A stretch of 64,000 nucleotides of DNA from Hyphomicrobiaceae bacterium. Lineage in GTDB: Bacteria > Pseudomonadota > Alphaproteobacteria > Rhizobiales > Hyphomicrobiaceae. Below, piece by piece: positions 37,455 to 46,430 of this stretch; position 1 is the first letter of the stretch; each line of letters opens with the position of its first letter. The stretch lies in assembly GCA_035550075.1 (NCBI GenBank), contig DASZQG010000049.1, positions 7,490 through 71,489 on the forward strand, given 5' to 3'. Under the pieces are notes generated by a model. That model was not told where the DNA came from. It ran no database searches and worked only from the letters and a program-made list of their open reading frames with translations. Position numbers and translations under genes: made by a program.

Positions 37455-38201
37455 ATGTATCTAAGTGGCCGTACAGCGCTCGTTACGGGAGGGTCGAGCG
37501 GGATAGGATTCGCCACCGCCAAGCTGTTCGGGGAGCATGGCGCTCGGGTTGCAATCACCGGCCTCGACGAAGAAAAACTTGAGAAGGCGCGGGCGCAAAT
37601 AGGACCTCAAGCGCTCGCGCTCCGCGCCGATGTGCGCGCGCTCGTTGATCTCGCCGTGATGCGTGATGCGCTGGACCGTACGTTCGGTCACCTCGATGTC
37701 CTCTTCGCAAACGCCGGCGTCGCCTTTAGCACGCCGATCGAGAACACAGATGAAGCGCGCTACGACGCGCTCATGGACGTGAACATCAAAGGCGTATTCT
37801 TCACGGTGCAGGCGGCATTGCCACTGATGAGGCCGGGCGCGGTCATCATCCTCAACACGTCATGGCTGAACCAGGTCGGCACCTCAGGACTGTCGCTTCT
37901 CTCGGCCTCCAAGGCTGCTGTGCGCTCCTTCGCGCGCACGTTATCCGCGGAACTCCTGCCGCGCGGAATACGGGTCAACGCAGTAAGCCCGGGAGCAATC
38001 GACACTCCGATCCGCATGCGCGGCGCAGCCACTGCGGAGGAGGTGCGCGCGGCGAACGAAAAACTGGCCGAGCGAATTCCGCTCAAGCGCCTGGGCGAGC
38101 CCGAAGACATTGCCCAGGCGGCACTTTACCTAGCGAGCGATCTGTCTCGGTACGTTGTCGGCGCCGAGATCGTGGTCGACGGCGGATTTTCGGAGCTATG
38201 A
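37455..38201 (+). CDS. SDR-family oxidoreductase
   Basis: TGGSSGIGFATA cofactor motif and a catalytic S...SASKAA region. It is divergent from the LysR gene. Confidence 0.9.
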   Translation: MYLSGRTALVTGGSSGIGFATAKLFGEHGARVAITGLDEEKLEKARAQIGPQALALRADVRALVDLAVMRDALDRTFGHLDVLFANAGVAFSTPIENTDEARYDALMDVNIKGVFFTVQAALPLMRPGAVIILNTSWLNQVGTSGLSLLSASKAAVRSFARTLSAELLPRGIRVNAVSPGAIDTPIRMRGAATAEEVRAANEKLAERIPLKRLGEPEDIAQAALYLASDLSRYVVGAEIVVDGGFSEL

Positions 38202-38851
38202 CCATGAACCTCCATGCAGACCTATCGATTCCCGCGCTTGTCCATGCCGGCCGCCAGTCTTGGGTGCAGAGCCCGGCTGCCGGCGTCGAGCGGCGCTTGC
38301 TGTACCGCGTGGGCGGCGAGGAAGCGATCGCAACCTCGATCGTGCGCTACGCGGCCGGCTCTTCGTTCCCGCCGCACGTCCACCCCGGTGGCGAGGAGTT
38401 TCTCGTGCTCGACGGAGTCTTCGAGGACGAGCACGGGCGCTATCCCGCTAACAGCTATGTTCGCAACCCGCCGGGATCAGCGCACGCGCCACGCTCAAGC
38501 ACAGGCTGCATTATCTTCGTACGGCTTCGGCAGTTCCGCATGGACGACAAGCGTCAAGTCGTCGACTTGCCGCCACCGCACCGCCGCGATCGTTCACTTT
38601 TCATGCCGCGACAGCTGTTCAACGGCCTAGATGAGCATGTCGCAATCATCCGCTGGGAGCCGCACGCCACGATCGAGTTCGGAGCACACGGTGGGCTGGA
38701 GCTGCTGATACTTGAAGGGGAGCTTTCGGCCTGCGGCAGCGACCTCGAATATTGGAGCTGGCTGCGCTTGCCAGCCGGTACGCCGCTGATGGGTGTCGTT
38801 GGAGGCACCGGTTGTGTGGCGTGGGTCAGAACCGCCTCGCCTTGGCCCTGA
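38198..38851 (+). CDS. cupin domain protein (ChrR-like double cupin)
   Basis: The start MTMNLHADLS overlaps the SDR stop (ATGA). Cupin motif: SFPPHVHPGGEEFLVLDGVFEDEHG. The longer track ORF 37862..38851 is upstream read-through. Confidence 0.8.
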   Translation: MTMNLHADLSIPALVHAGRQSWVQSPAAGVERRLLYRVGGEEAIATSIVRYAAGSSFPPHVHPGGEEFLVLDGVFEDEHGRYPANSYVRNPPGSAHAPRSSTGCIIFVRLRQFRMDDKRQVVDLPPPHRRDRSLFMPRQLFNGLDEHVAIIRWEPHATIEFGAHGGLELLILEGELSACGSDLEYWSWLRLPAGTPLMGVVGGTGCVAWVRTASPWP

Positions 38852-38915
38852 ATCGCCGCACCGAAACTGCGTTGCACAAAGCCTCAGCGTACCATCCGAT
38901 CACGATGAAGAACCC

Positions 38916-39308
38916 ATGAACGACTTGCAATGGCTCGCCGCCACAATTCTCCTGACGCTGCTCAGCGCCTTTCCTTACATTATTAAGCGGATCCTTACGA
39001 TCGGGCTGCCGCGCACGCTGGGCAACCCGGGTGCCGGTGACAATGCCGAGATGGCTCCGTGGGCGCAGCGCGCCAAGCTTGCGCACGCCAATGCGGTCGA
39101 GAACCTGATTCTTTTCGCGCCTGCTTTGATCGCCGCGCACCTTCACAATCCAAAAGCGGCGACCCTTGCGACTGCTGCACAAGTCTACTTCTTCGCAAGG
39201 CTCACACACTACGTCGTCTACGGAGCCGGCGTGCCCATCGTTCGCACGCTGGCCTACTTGGTGGGTATCGGCGCGACAGTGGTGGTTCTGGCAACCCTGA
39301 TGGCGTGA
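38916..39308 (+). CDS. MAPEG-family membrane protein, copy 2
   Basis: MNDLQWLAATILLTLLSAFPY...RAKLAHANAVENLILFAPALI...FFARLTHYVVY is the MAPEG pattern. Confidence 0.78.
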   Translation: MNDLQWLAATILLTLLSAFPYIIKRILTIGLPRTLGNPGAGDNAEMAPWAQRAKLAHANAVENLILFAPALIAAHLHNPKAATLATAAQVYFFARLTHYVVYGAGVPIVRTLAYLVGIGATVVVLATLMA

Positions 39309-39414
39309 GTAGCGCAGCTCCTGTCTCGATGACCACTGGAGCACACAGCCTCTTGAGGGGGGCGGTGAGGTGACGTGTCAGCACATCAGGTTCTCTGCGA
39401 AAGGACAGCCGACA

Positions 39415-40674
39415 ATGGGTAAAGAGTTGCGCTTCGCTCCCTCGCATCGTTGGCGAGTCCTCAGCATCGGCGTTGCGGCAAACGGCGCAGTCGCTGCCGC
39501 CTTTGTGGGCATACCGGCGGCGGCGGTATTCGTTCGTTGCGGCTATCAGATCGACAATGCCACTTTCGGCTGGGTCATTGGCGCGATGGGCCTCGGGTTG
39601 GCAGTCAGCGAATTGCCCTGGGGCTTTGCTACGGACTGGCTGGGCGACCGCAAGGTGCTGCTGACTGGCCTTAGCCTGACAGGTGTCGTGCTCACGTTGA
39701 TGGTCTCGTTTGTCTCACCGACGCCGACGCATGTGCCAACAGCGACGCTTCTCGCTTTAGGCCTTCTGTTCGTGGGCGGCATCGGCGGAAGCGTCAATGG
39801 TTCGAGTGGTCGCGCAGTGATGGCCTGGTTTCAAGAGGGCGAACGCGGTCTTGCCATGAGCGTGCGCCAGATGTCGGTGCCAGCCGGCGGCGCACTCGGG
39901 GCGCTCATTCTTCCGACGACTGCAGAACATCTCGGATTCGGTGCGGTGTACGGTATTCTTGCTGTTTTCTGTTTTGTCACAGCATCTTTCACCTGGGCAT
40001 GGCTGCACGAGCCGCCTATACAGATGGCGGCCCCGTCCACTCAAGCTGCAATGCAGCCATCCGCCCCCAGCCCGCTGGCCAATGGCCAAATCTGGCGCAC
40101 GGTGTGCGGTCTGGGGGCGCTCTGTGTTCCGCAAGTCATCGTCGTAACTTTTGCCGCAATCTTTCTGAATGACGTTGCACATCTGAGCACCGCCGCGATC
40201 AGCGCCAGCATCGTCACCTTTCAGATCGGCGCCGCCTTCACGCGCGTCTGGAGCGGCTACTTCACGGACCGGCACAAGAACCGAAGACCCTTCCTCAAGG
40301 CATGTGCCCTGCTCACAATGGCGATATTTGGATCGGTCGGCCTCCTGGTCGTGCTGGCCTCGATGATGCCCGGTTATGGGAGCATAGCGATGACCGCTGC
40401 GGTATCGCTTGTCATTGTTGGCGGCACCGCCGCTTCGACATGGCATGGGATCGCCTACACCGAATTGGCAGCCATCGCCGGCTTGGAGCATGTCGGGACG
40501 GCGCTCGGCCTCGGGAACACTTTTGCCTTTAGCACCTACTTCCTGACACCACTTGCAACACCTTTCATCCTTGATGCTTTGGCCTGGCAGGGGGTGTGGT
40601 TCGCGGCAGCCGCCGCGGCTTATCTGGCGTTCGTCTTGTTTCCGAATCCTGCGTCCTCAGCCAAAGCGCTCTGA
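39415..40674 (+). CDS. MFS transporter
   Basis: About 12 TM helices and an MFS loop motif, DWLGDRKVLL. Start chosen at MGKELRF. Confidence 0.85.
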   Translation: MGKELRFAPSHRWRVLSIGVAANGAVAAAFVGIPAAAVFVRCGYQIDNATFGWVIGAMGLGLAVSELPWGFATDWLGDRKVLLTGLSLTGVVLTLMVSFVSPTPTHVPTATLLALGLLFVGGIGGSVNGSSGRAVMAWFQEGERGLAMSVRQMSVPAGGALGALILPTTAEHLGFGAVYGILAVFCFVTASFTWAWLHEPPIQMAAPSTQAAMQPSAPSPLANGQIWRTVCGLGALCVPQVIVVTFAAIFLNDVAHLSTAAISASIVTFQIGAAFTRVWSGYFTDRHKNRRPFLKACALLTMAIFGSVGLLVVLASMMPGYGSIAMTAAVSLVIVGGTAASTWHGIAYTELAAIAGLEHVGTALGLGNTFAFSTYFLTPLATPFILDALAWQGVWFAAAAAAYLAFVLFPNPASSAKAL

Positions 40675-40777
40675 GACGTGGGCCATGTTGTGGTAGCGCC
40701 AGCCATTGGCAGCAATTGACGAACCAAGGTTCGCCAAGACACTAACTAAGTTGTCCTGCAGTATCCAACTTTCGCTT

Positions 40778-40795
40778 CCCTCACTCCCACTCGAT
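40778..40795. repeat. displaced copy of the guaA 3' terminus (att-like direct repeat, distal copy)
   Basis: ccctcactcccactcgat is identical to 44732..44749. The match is 20 of 21 if extended by 3 nt. It lies in an A/T-rich non-coding gap. Confidence 0.8.
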
Positions 40796-40958
40796 TGTTT
40801 CGCGACAGCATACGTCTCTGATTTTCTGCAGTGTTTGAAATGCCTCCAAAAGAAACCACCGACATTTCCTCCGATGGCGTCCTGAAGATGTCGGGACGCA
40901 GGGCTTTGTCATCTGTAACTGGCGAGCCGTGGGCCTCCGGCGCGGGCCGAACATAGGG

Positions 40959-41717
40959 CTAGACAGGGCCTCCCACGCTTTCTGAAGGCGATTTGCGCTC
41001 CGGCAGCAAAAACAGGAGCCACGGCACGGTTGCGCAAAGGGCAATCCAGCCAAGCGCCAAGAGGGGAAACCTATCGCCGGCGTCGAGCACCTTAATCCCC
41101 GCTTGCACGACACCATGCACGAGGGCTGGCGCCAAGACCGATCCGCCACTGCGTTCAAACAACCAGGCAAGAGGAAACGAGATCGACACCGCAAGCAGGA
41201 GCGAAGCCAGCGCGACGGCGAAATCCAACTGCAGCAGCAGCAATGCATGCACCACAACGAAGGGTGCCGCAGCTAGCAACGCGGCATGCCAGAATGGACG
41301 CGTAGCGCGAAGACGGCGGAACACAAACCCGCGAAACACCACCTCCTCGGCGATTCCACCCTGCGCAAACATTCCCAGGGCGAGCCATGCTGCCCCCGGC
41401 AGCAGTTCAAGCCGCGCGCCGGTCGTCGCCGCGAATATCGGAAAGTAAGGGAGCAAAGCTGCCGACAGCGCCAGCGCCCACAGCAATGCCCGCCAGTTCG
41501 TCCAGCGCAATCCTAACGCCGGAACCGCTTCAGCTACACTCCGTCGCGACAAGATGCATTCGCAGGCGACTGCCGCGACGAGCACGAGCGCACAGACGAT
41601 CAGGCCGAATTCACCGCGCATGCTGCCAAACCCTGCCGCCGAGCGGTCGAGCAACAGCCACAGGACGAAAAAGCCGAGCAGCGTCGGCGCCAGATCACCT
41701 CTTGCCAACGCCCTCAT
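40959..41717 (-). CDS. CPBP-family intramembrane glutamic endopeptidase (CAAX protease/Abi-like)
   Basis: Motif 1 is GGIAEEVVFRGFVFRRL, motif 2 is FVVVHALL, and motif 3 is ...APALVHGVVQ. The protein is polytopic. Confidence 0.8.
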   Translation of the reverse strand: MRALARGDLAPTLLGFFVLWLLLDRSAAGFGSMRGEFGLIVCALVLVAAVACECILSRRSVAEAVPALGLRWTNWRALLWALALSAALLPYFPIFAATTGARLELLPGAAWLALGMFAQGGIAEEVVFRGFVFRRLRATRPFWHAALLAAAPFVVVHALLLLQLDFAVALASLLLAVSISFPLAWLFERSGGSVLAPALVHGVVQAGIKVLDAGDRFPLLALGWIALCATVPWLLFLLPERKSPSESVGGPV

Positions 41718-41787
41718 AGGTCGATCACCGCATCCACCGCACGGCGCGGCGACATAGCCAGATCTGGCCCATAGCCGAAGCTTGGGG

Positions 41788-42996
41788 TTACTTGCGGTCC
41801 AGGCTCTCATAGACAGCTGCCAAGATGCGGCCTTGGCGTAGGGACTCGTAGGGGCCCTTGAGCCAGCGGTTCATCACGAAGCTCATCGACATGCGTTCGT
41901 CGAAGTCGACAAACCCGAGCGAGCCGCCCTGTCCACCCCACCACGCGATGCGATGATCGCGCGGATAGGCCCAGAGCGGCGAGTCGAGCGCGAACGCCGC
42001 AGCGCCGAACTTGATCGGCGCGCCAAGCACCAGATCGACGCCATCGGACATCTGTTCGAGGGCACGGAAGCGCCCTTTGTCGGAAAGCAGCCGCACGCCG
42101 CCTACACCGCCTGACGCCAGAACCTGATGGACCGTCGCCACAGAACGGGCGTTGCCGTGCCCGTTGGCGCCGCCGACTTCCGCGCGCCGCCACGCCTTTG
42201 TGTGCGACGTGTATGGCGTAAGTCGCGGATTCAAGCCGACCCGCTCAGCGATAGGGTTGTCGCTCGGCAGCCAATCGCGCCCACCCTGCACGAAGCTAGC
42301 GATGCGGTGATCGTGCTCTGGGCCGATGCCAATATGATAATCGGCGCCGAGCGGCCGCGCCACATGCGTGGCGAAGTACTGGCCCAACGTCACACCAGTG
42401 ATGCGTTTGATCACGCCGCTCGCCAGGTGGCCGATACAGATGCCGTGATAGCCGGACGCGGTTCCCGGCTCCCACCACGGCGCCTGGCGCGCCAGCAGAT
42501 CGCATGCCTTGTCGTGATCATACACGTCTTCCCACGTCACATCCTCGGTCCACCCCGCAAGGCCTGACGTGTGGCTGAGGATGTGTTTGACGAGCACGCC
42601 TGACTTGCCGTTGCGTGCGAATTCCGGCCAATATTTCGCGACCGGCGCGTCGAAATCGAGTTCGCCGGAATCGGCCAGAACGAGCGCGGCCATCCCAGTC
42701 ATGGTTTTGGTGATCGAGTGCGTCGTGATGATGGTGTCGCGCTCCCATGGCCGCTCGTATTTGGCGTCGAAGTAGCCGCCCCAGAGATCTACCACTGGCT
42801 CGCCGTCGATGAACACGGCGACGGATGCGCCGATGTCGTCGCCGCTATCGAGATTATATTGCAACGCCTGGCGCACAGGCTCGAACCGGTCCGGGCATAT
42901 CCCCTTGATTTTGGCGTTCTCGATCACCGGCCACGTAGACGGCGCGGTGGAAATCGTCGGATTCCATTCAGTTTTCTGCGCCCTCAAGCCGAACAT
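41788..42996 (-). CDS. beta-lactamase-fold serine hydrolase (esterase/class C-like)
   Basis: The SxxK motif HSITKTMTG sits in a 402-aa protein with a typical EstB/AmpC-like layout. Confidence 0.88.
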   Translation of the reverse strand: MFGLRAQKTEWNPTISTAPSTWPVIENAKIKGICPDRFEPVRQALQYNLDSGDDIGASVAVFIDGEPVVDLWGGYFDAKYERPWERDTIITTHSITKTMTGMAALVLADSGELDFDAPVAKYWPEFARNGKSGVLVKHILSHTSGLAGWTEDVTWEDVYDHDKACDLLARQAPWWEPGTASGYHGICIGHLASGVIKRITGVTLGQYFATHVARPLGADYHIGIGPEHDHRIASFVQGGRDWLPSDNPIAERVGLNPRLTPYTSHTKAWRRAEVGGANGHGNARSVATVHQVLASGGVGGVRLLSDKGRFRALEQMSDGVDLVLGAPIKFGAAAFALDSPLWAYPRDHRIAWWGGQGGSLGFVDFDERMSMSFVMNRWLKGPYESLRQGRILAAVYESLDRK

Positions 42997-43026
42997 GGCT
43001 GCCTCCTTTGTTAAAGCGCCATTAAC

Positions 43027-43084
43027 GTCTCTTTGGTGGCGCCATAAAGAGCCGCCATTGTCTCTTTGTCAAGCTCAAAGAGAC
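43027..43084. promoter_or_regulatory. candidate TetR operators in divergent promoter region
   Basis: GTCTCTTTG occurs twice as a direct repeat (43027, 43060). There are two inverted repeats: CTCTTT-N11-AAAGAG (43029-43051) and GTCTCTTTG-N7-CAAAGAGAC (43060-43084). Confidence 0.55.
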
Positions 43085-43137
43085 GCTCTTGTATCTTTCT
43101 TTGGAAGCGCCTATTTCAGGTTCGAAGGCAGGAGATC

Positions 43138-43797
43138 ATGGCAGCGAAACGCAAGACGAAAGAGATGCAGCGCGGACCCGGTAGACTTTCAGCGGCGGAG
43201 ACGGCACAGCTTGAAGATCGCCTGCTCGACGCCGCGGAGCGCGTGTTCGTAGCCCAGGGATATGCTCGCGCCACCATGGACGCGATCGCCAAGGAAGCGG
43301 GCGCCTCGCGCAAGACCTTCTACGCCCGCTACGCCAATAAGGCCGACGTTCTGACCGCGGTGGTCAATCGTCTTCTTGATTCGGCGATCACACCGCACAA
43401 AAAGGGCGTTCGCTCGCCCGCTGTTGGACGCGACCCTGCCGCGCTCCTCTTACAGATCGCTCGTGAACTGGCGGGCCTTTCAGAAACCCCTCACGTCGCT
43501 GGCATAAATCGGCTGGTGTTCGCCGAGGCGCTTCAGGCGCCTGATCTTGCGCGCCTGTTTCTGGATCTGCACGCCCGCGCCGCCGACGATGTACGCGCCA
43601 ATCTGGAAGAGCTCCGCGACGAAGGCAGTCTGCCGCGCCTGCCCAATAGCAAGCTGGCGGCGGTCATTTTCATCGAGATGGCGGCGTCTATGCCACGTCT
43701 ACGCGCTCTGCTGGGCGCGCCGCTCAGCCGCAAGGAAACCAATGATCTAACAGCCGCCGCCGTGCAGATTTTCCTGCATGGCTGCGGAAGGGCTTAG
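43138..43797 (+). CDS. TetR-family transcriptional regulator
   Basis: LLDAAERVFVAQGYARATMDAIAKEAGASRKTFYARYANKADVL. A GGAGA RBS precedes the ATG at 43138. Confidence 0.9.
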   Translation: MAAKRKTKEMQRGPGRLSAAETAQLEDRLLDAAERVFVAQGYARATMDAIAKEAGASRKTFYARYANKADVLTAVVNRLLDSAITPHKKGVRSPAVGRDPAALLLQIARELAGLSETPHVAGINRLVFAEALQAPDLARLFLDLHARAADDVRANLEELRDEGSLPRLPNSKLAAVIFIEMAASMPRLRALLGAPLSRKETNDLTAAAVQIFLHGCGRA

Positions 43798-43821
43798 GAC
43801 TATTTCGATTTGGAGAACGCG

Positions 43822-44448
43822 ATGTATGCTCCTTCACCCTATCGTGTTGACGATGTGAATCGCATTTGTGCGCTCATGGATGCATTCCCATTCGCAACCC
43901 TTGTCAGGAATGACACGAGCGGGCCGGTCGCCGCTTATCTCCCGCTCGCGCGCAGCGAAGGCGCCTCAGGCGGCGCCGTCCTCTTCGGTCATCTCGCGAA
44001 GGCGAACCCATTTTGGCTCGGCGCCGACGGCGCGGAAGTCGTTGCGCTCTTTTCGGGGCCTGACGGCTACATCTCTCCGTCCAACTATCCTTCGAAGCAG
44101 ACGCACGGAAAGGTCGTTCCGACCTGGAATTATGTGCGCGTCGAAGTTCGCGGCAGACTTTCGATCGAGACCTCGCCTGGTCGGCTGCGTCACTACATGG
44201 ATATGCCGACGACGATGATGGAACGTCATCGCGAAGCGCCATGGTCGGCGGACGATGCGCCACCCGACTTCATCAACAATCTCGCCACCGCCATCGTCGG
44301 CATCCGGATCGACGTCACTTCGTTGGAAGGATCGTGGAAGCTCGACCAAAGAAAAGCGCCGATTGATCGGCAGGGCGCGATCGCGGGGATGCGATCGGAG
44401 GGAAACCAAGATCTGGCCAACCTCATGGCCGAGATTACACTCGCCTGA
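43822..44448 (+). CDS. PaiB-family FMN-binding negative transcriptional regulator
   Basis: MYAPSPYRVDD...FPFATLV...VPTWNYVRVEVRGRL...SWKLDQRK is the PaiB pattern. A GGAG RBS precedes the ATG at 43822. Confidence 0.82.
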   Translation: MYAPSPYRVDDVNRICALMDAFPFATLVRNDTSGPVAAYLPLARSEGASGGAVLFGHLAKANPFWLGADGAEVVALFSGPDGYISPSNYPSKQTHGKVVPTWNYVRVEVRGRLSIETSPGRLRHYMDMPTTMMERHREAPWSADDAPPDFINNLATAIVGIRIDVTSLEGSWKLDQRKAPIDRQGAIAGMRSEGNQDLANLMAEITLA

Positions 44449-44731
44449 GAGTTAGCGCGACGTCGATGGTCCAGTGATCGGCGCCGAGATTGCGGGCGCT
44501 GGTTATACCCTGTCAGTTTGCGACAAGCTCTATGGCTATACCCTTTATTGCACATCCTGTGTGCTTCACCGCCTCCGCTCAACCCGAATGAAGGCGAAGG
44601 ATCAACAAAAACACCGGCGATAGATGGCGACAGCTGGGTCTTGATCAGCAAACCGAGCGTTGGCGATAGTTAGCGAGGGTTATAGGCCACTCTTGGCGAT
44701 CGTCCGCGAATGTTCGCGATAGACGGCGGCA

Positions 44732-44749
44732 CCCTCACTCCCACTCGAT
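44732..44749. repeat. guaA 3' terminus (att-like direct repeat, gene-proximal copy)
   Basis: ccctcactcccactcgat spans the guaA stop codon (minus sense ATC GAG TGG GAG TGA GGG). Confidence 0.8.
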
Positions 44750-46282
44750 GGTGCCTGGCGGCTTTGAGGTGACGTCGTAGACGACGCGGTTGATGCCCTT
44801 GACCTCGTTGATGATGCGGGTGGCGGTGCGGCCCAGCACCTCGTGCGGGAACTGGAAGTAGTCGGCGGTCATGCCGTCGGTGGAGGTGACGGCCCGCAGC
44901 GCGCACACATGGTCGTAGGTGCGCGCATCGCCCATCACGCCGACGGTGCGCACGGGCAGCAGCACCGCGAACGCCTGCCAGATCTGGTCGTAGAGGCCGG
45001 CCTTGCGAATTTCGTCGAGGTAGATCGCATCGGCCTTGCGCAGGATGGCGAGCTTCTCCGCCGTGATGTCGCCGGGGATGCGGATGGCGAGCCCCGGTCC
45101 AGGGAAGGGATGGCGGCCGATGAAGTGCTCGGGCAGGCCCAGCTCGCGGCCGAGCGCGCGCACCTCGTCCTTGAACAGTTCGCGCAGCGGTTCGACCAGC
45201 TTCAGGTTCATGCGCTCGGGCAGGCCGCCGACGTTGTGGTGCGACTTGATGGTGACGGACGGGCCGCCGGCGAACGAGACGCTTTCGATCACGTCGGGAT
45301 AGAGCGTGCCCTGCGCCAGGAACTCGGCCCCGCCGGCCTTCTTGGCCTCCGCCTCGAACACGTCGATGAACAGGGCGCCGATGGTCTTGCGCTTGGCCTC
45401 CGGATCAGAGACGCCGGCCAAGGCCTTGAGGAAGCGCTCGCTCGCATCGACATGCACCAGCGGGATATTGTAGTGACCCCGGAACAGCGACACGACCTCT
45501 TGCGCCTCGTCCTGCCGCAGCAGGCCGTGGTCGACGAAGATGCAGGTGAGCTGGTCTCCGATTGCCTCGTGGATCAGCACGGCGGCGACCGCGCTGTCGA
45601 CGCCGCCGGAGAGCCCGCAGATCACGCGGCCCTTGCCGACCTGCGCGCGGATCTTGGCGATCTCGGCCGAGCGGAAGTGGGCCATGCTCCAGTCGCCCGG
45701 CAAGCCGGCGATCTTGCGCACGAAGTTGCGGATCAGCAGCGAGCCGCGCGGGGTGTGCGCGACCTCGGGATGGAATTGCACGGCATAGAGTTTGCGCGCC
45801 TCATCGGCGATGGCGGCGAACGGCGCACCGCGCGACACGCCGACCACCTTGAACCCGGGCGGTAGCCGCGTGACGCGGTCGCCGTGGCTCATCCACACGG
45901 TGTCGAGGCCGCCTTTCTTCCAGAAACCCTCGAACAGCGGGGAATCGCTGGTGATCTCGAGGTCGGCGCGGCCGAATTCACGATGGTGGCCGCCTTCCAC
46001 CCCGCCGCCGAGCTGCGCCACCATGGTCTGCTCGCCGTAGCAGATGCCGAGCACGGGCAGGCCCGAGGTGAACACCCAGTCCGGCGCGCGCGGGGTGCCG
46101 AACTCGGTGACGCTGGCGGGGCCACCCGAGAGAATCACCGCGCGCGGCTGCAGCCGCTGCAGGGCGTCATCCGCCCGGTTGAAGGGCACGATTTCGGAGT
46201 AGACGCCCTGCTCGCGCACGCGCCGGGCGATCAACTGGGTCACCTGGCTGCCGAAATCGATGATCAGGACGGTGTCGGTCAT
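44735..46282 (-). CDS. guaA: GMP synthase (glutamine-hydrolysing)
   Basis: The GATase domain is [27 protein letters not shown]...GICYG and the ATP-PPase motif is [11 protein letters not shown]. The C-terminus is [14 protein letters not shown]. Start chosen at MTDTVL. Confidence 0.95.
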   Translation of the reverse strand: MTDTVLIIDFGSQVTQLIARRVREQGVYSEIVPFNRADDALQRLQPRAVILSGGPASVTEFGTPRAPDWVFTSGLPVLGICYGEQTMVAQLGGGVEGGHHREFGRADLEITSDSPLFEGFWKKGGLDTVWMSHGDRVTRLPPGFKVVGVSRGAPFAAIADEARKLYAVQFHPEVAHTPRGSLLIRNFVRKIAGLPGDWSMAHFRSAEIAKIRAQVGKGRVICGLSGGVDSAVAAVLIHEAIGDQLTCIFVDHGLLRQDEAQEVVSLFRGHYNIPLVHVDASERFLKALAGVSDPEAKRKTIGALFIDVFEAEAKKAGGAEFLAQGTLYPDVIESVSFAGGPSVTIKSHHNVGGLPERMNLKLVEPLRELFKDEVRALGRELGLPEHFIGRHPFPGPGLAIRIPGDITAEKLAILRKADAIYLDEIRKAGLYDQIWQAFAVLLPVRTVGVMGDARTYDHVCALRAVTSTDGMTADYFQFPHEVLGRTATRIINEVKGINRVVYDVTSKPPGTIEWE

Positions 46283-46430
46283 GGGGTGCGGGCGCCAGCA
46301 ACGCGGAATCGCAGGGGCACAGGCGGCCCGGTAGACCACCCGGACGCGGACGGGTCAAGCCGGGCCCTCCGGTTATCACTTTTCCGTGCCTATTTGGGCG
46401 GCAAGGGACTTCTGGTATCTGATAGAGACC

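Larger units (their letters stand above)
40796..44731. mobile_element. candidate decayed integrative islet in the guaA 3' end (no integrase present)
   Basis: The segment is bounded by the two 18-bp direct repeats and its composition is more A/T-rich than the flanks by eye. Its cargo is a CPBP protease, a serine hydrolase, a TetR regulator and a PaiB-like protein. Confidence 0.4.

Noticed and set aside
40781-41257. 158-aa minus-strand ORF ending ...RETIEWE
   Set aside because: It is Cys/Arg-rich and overlaps the CPBP protease gene in another frame. Its GuaA-like ending simply reflects the displaced guaA 3' repeat. It is not a gene.
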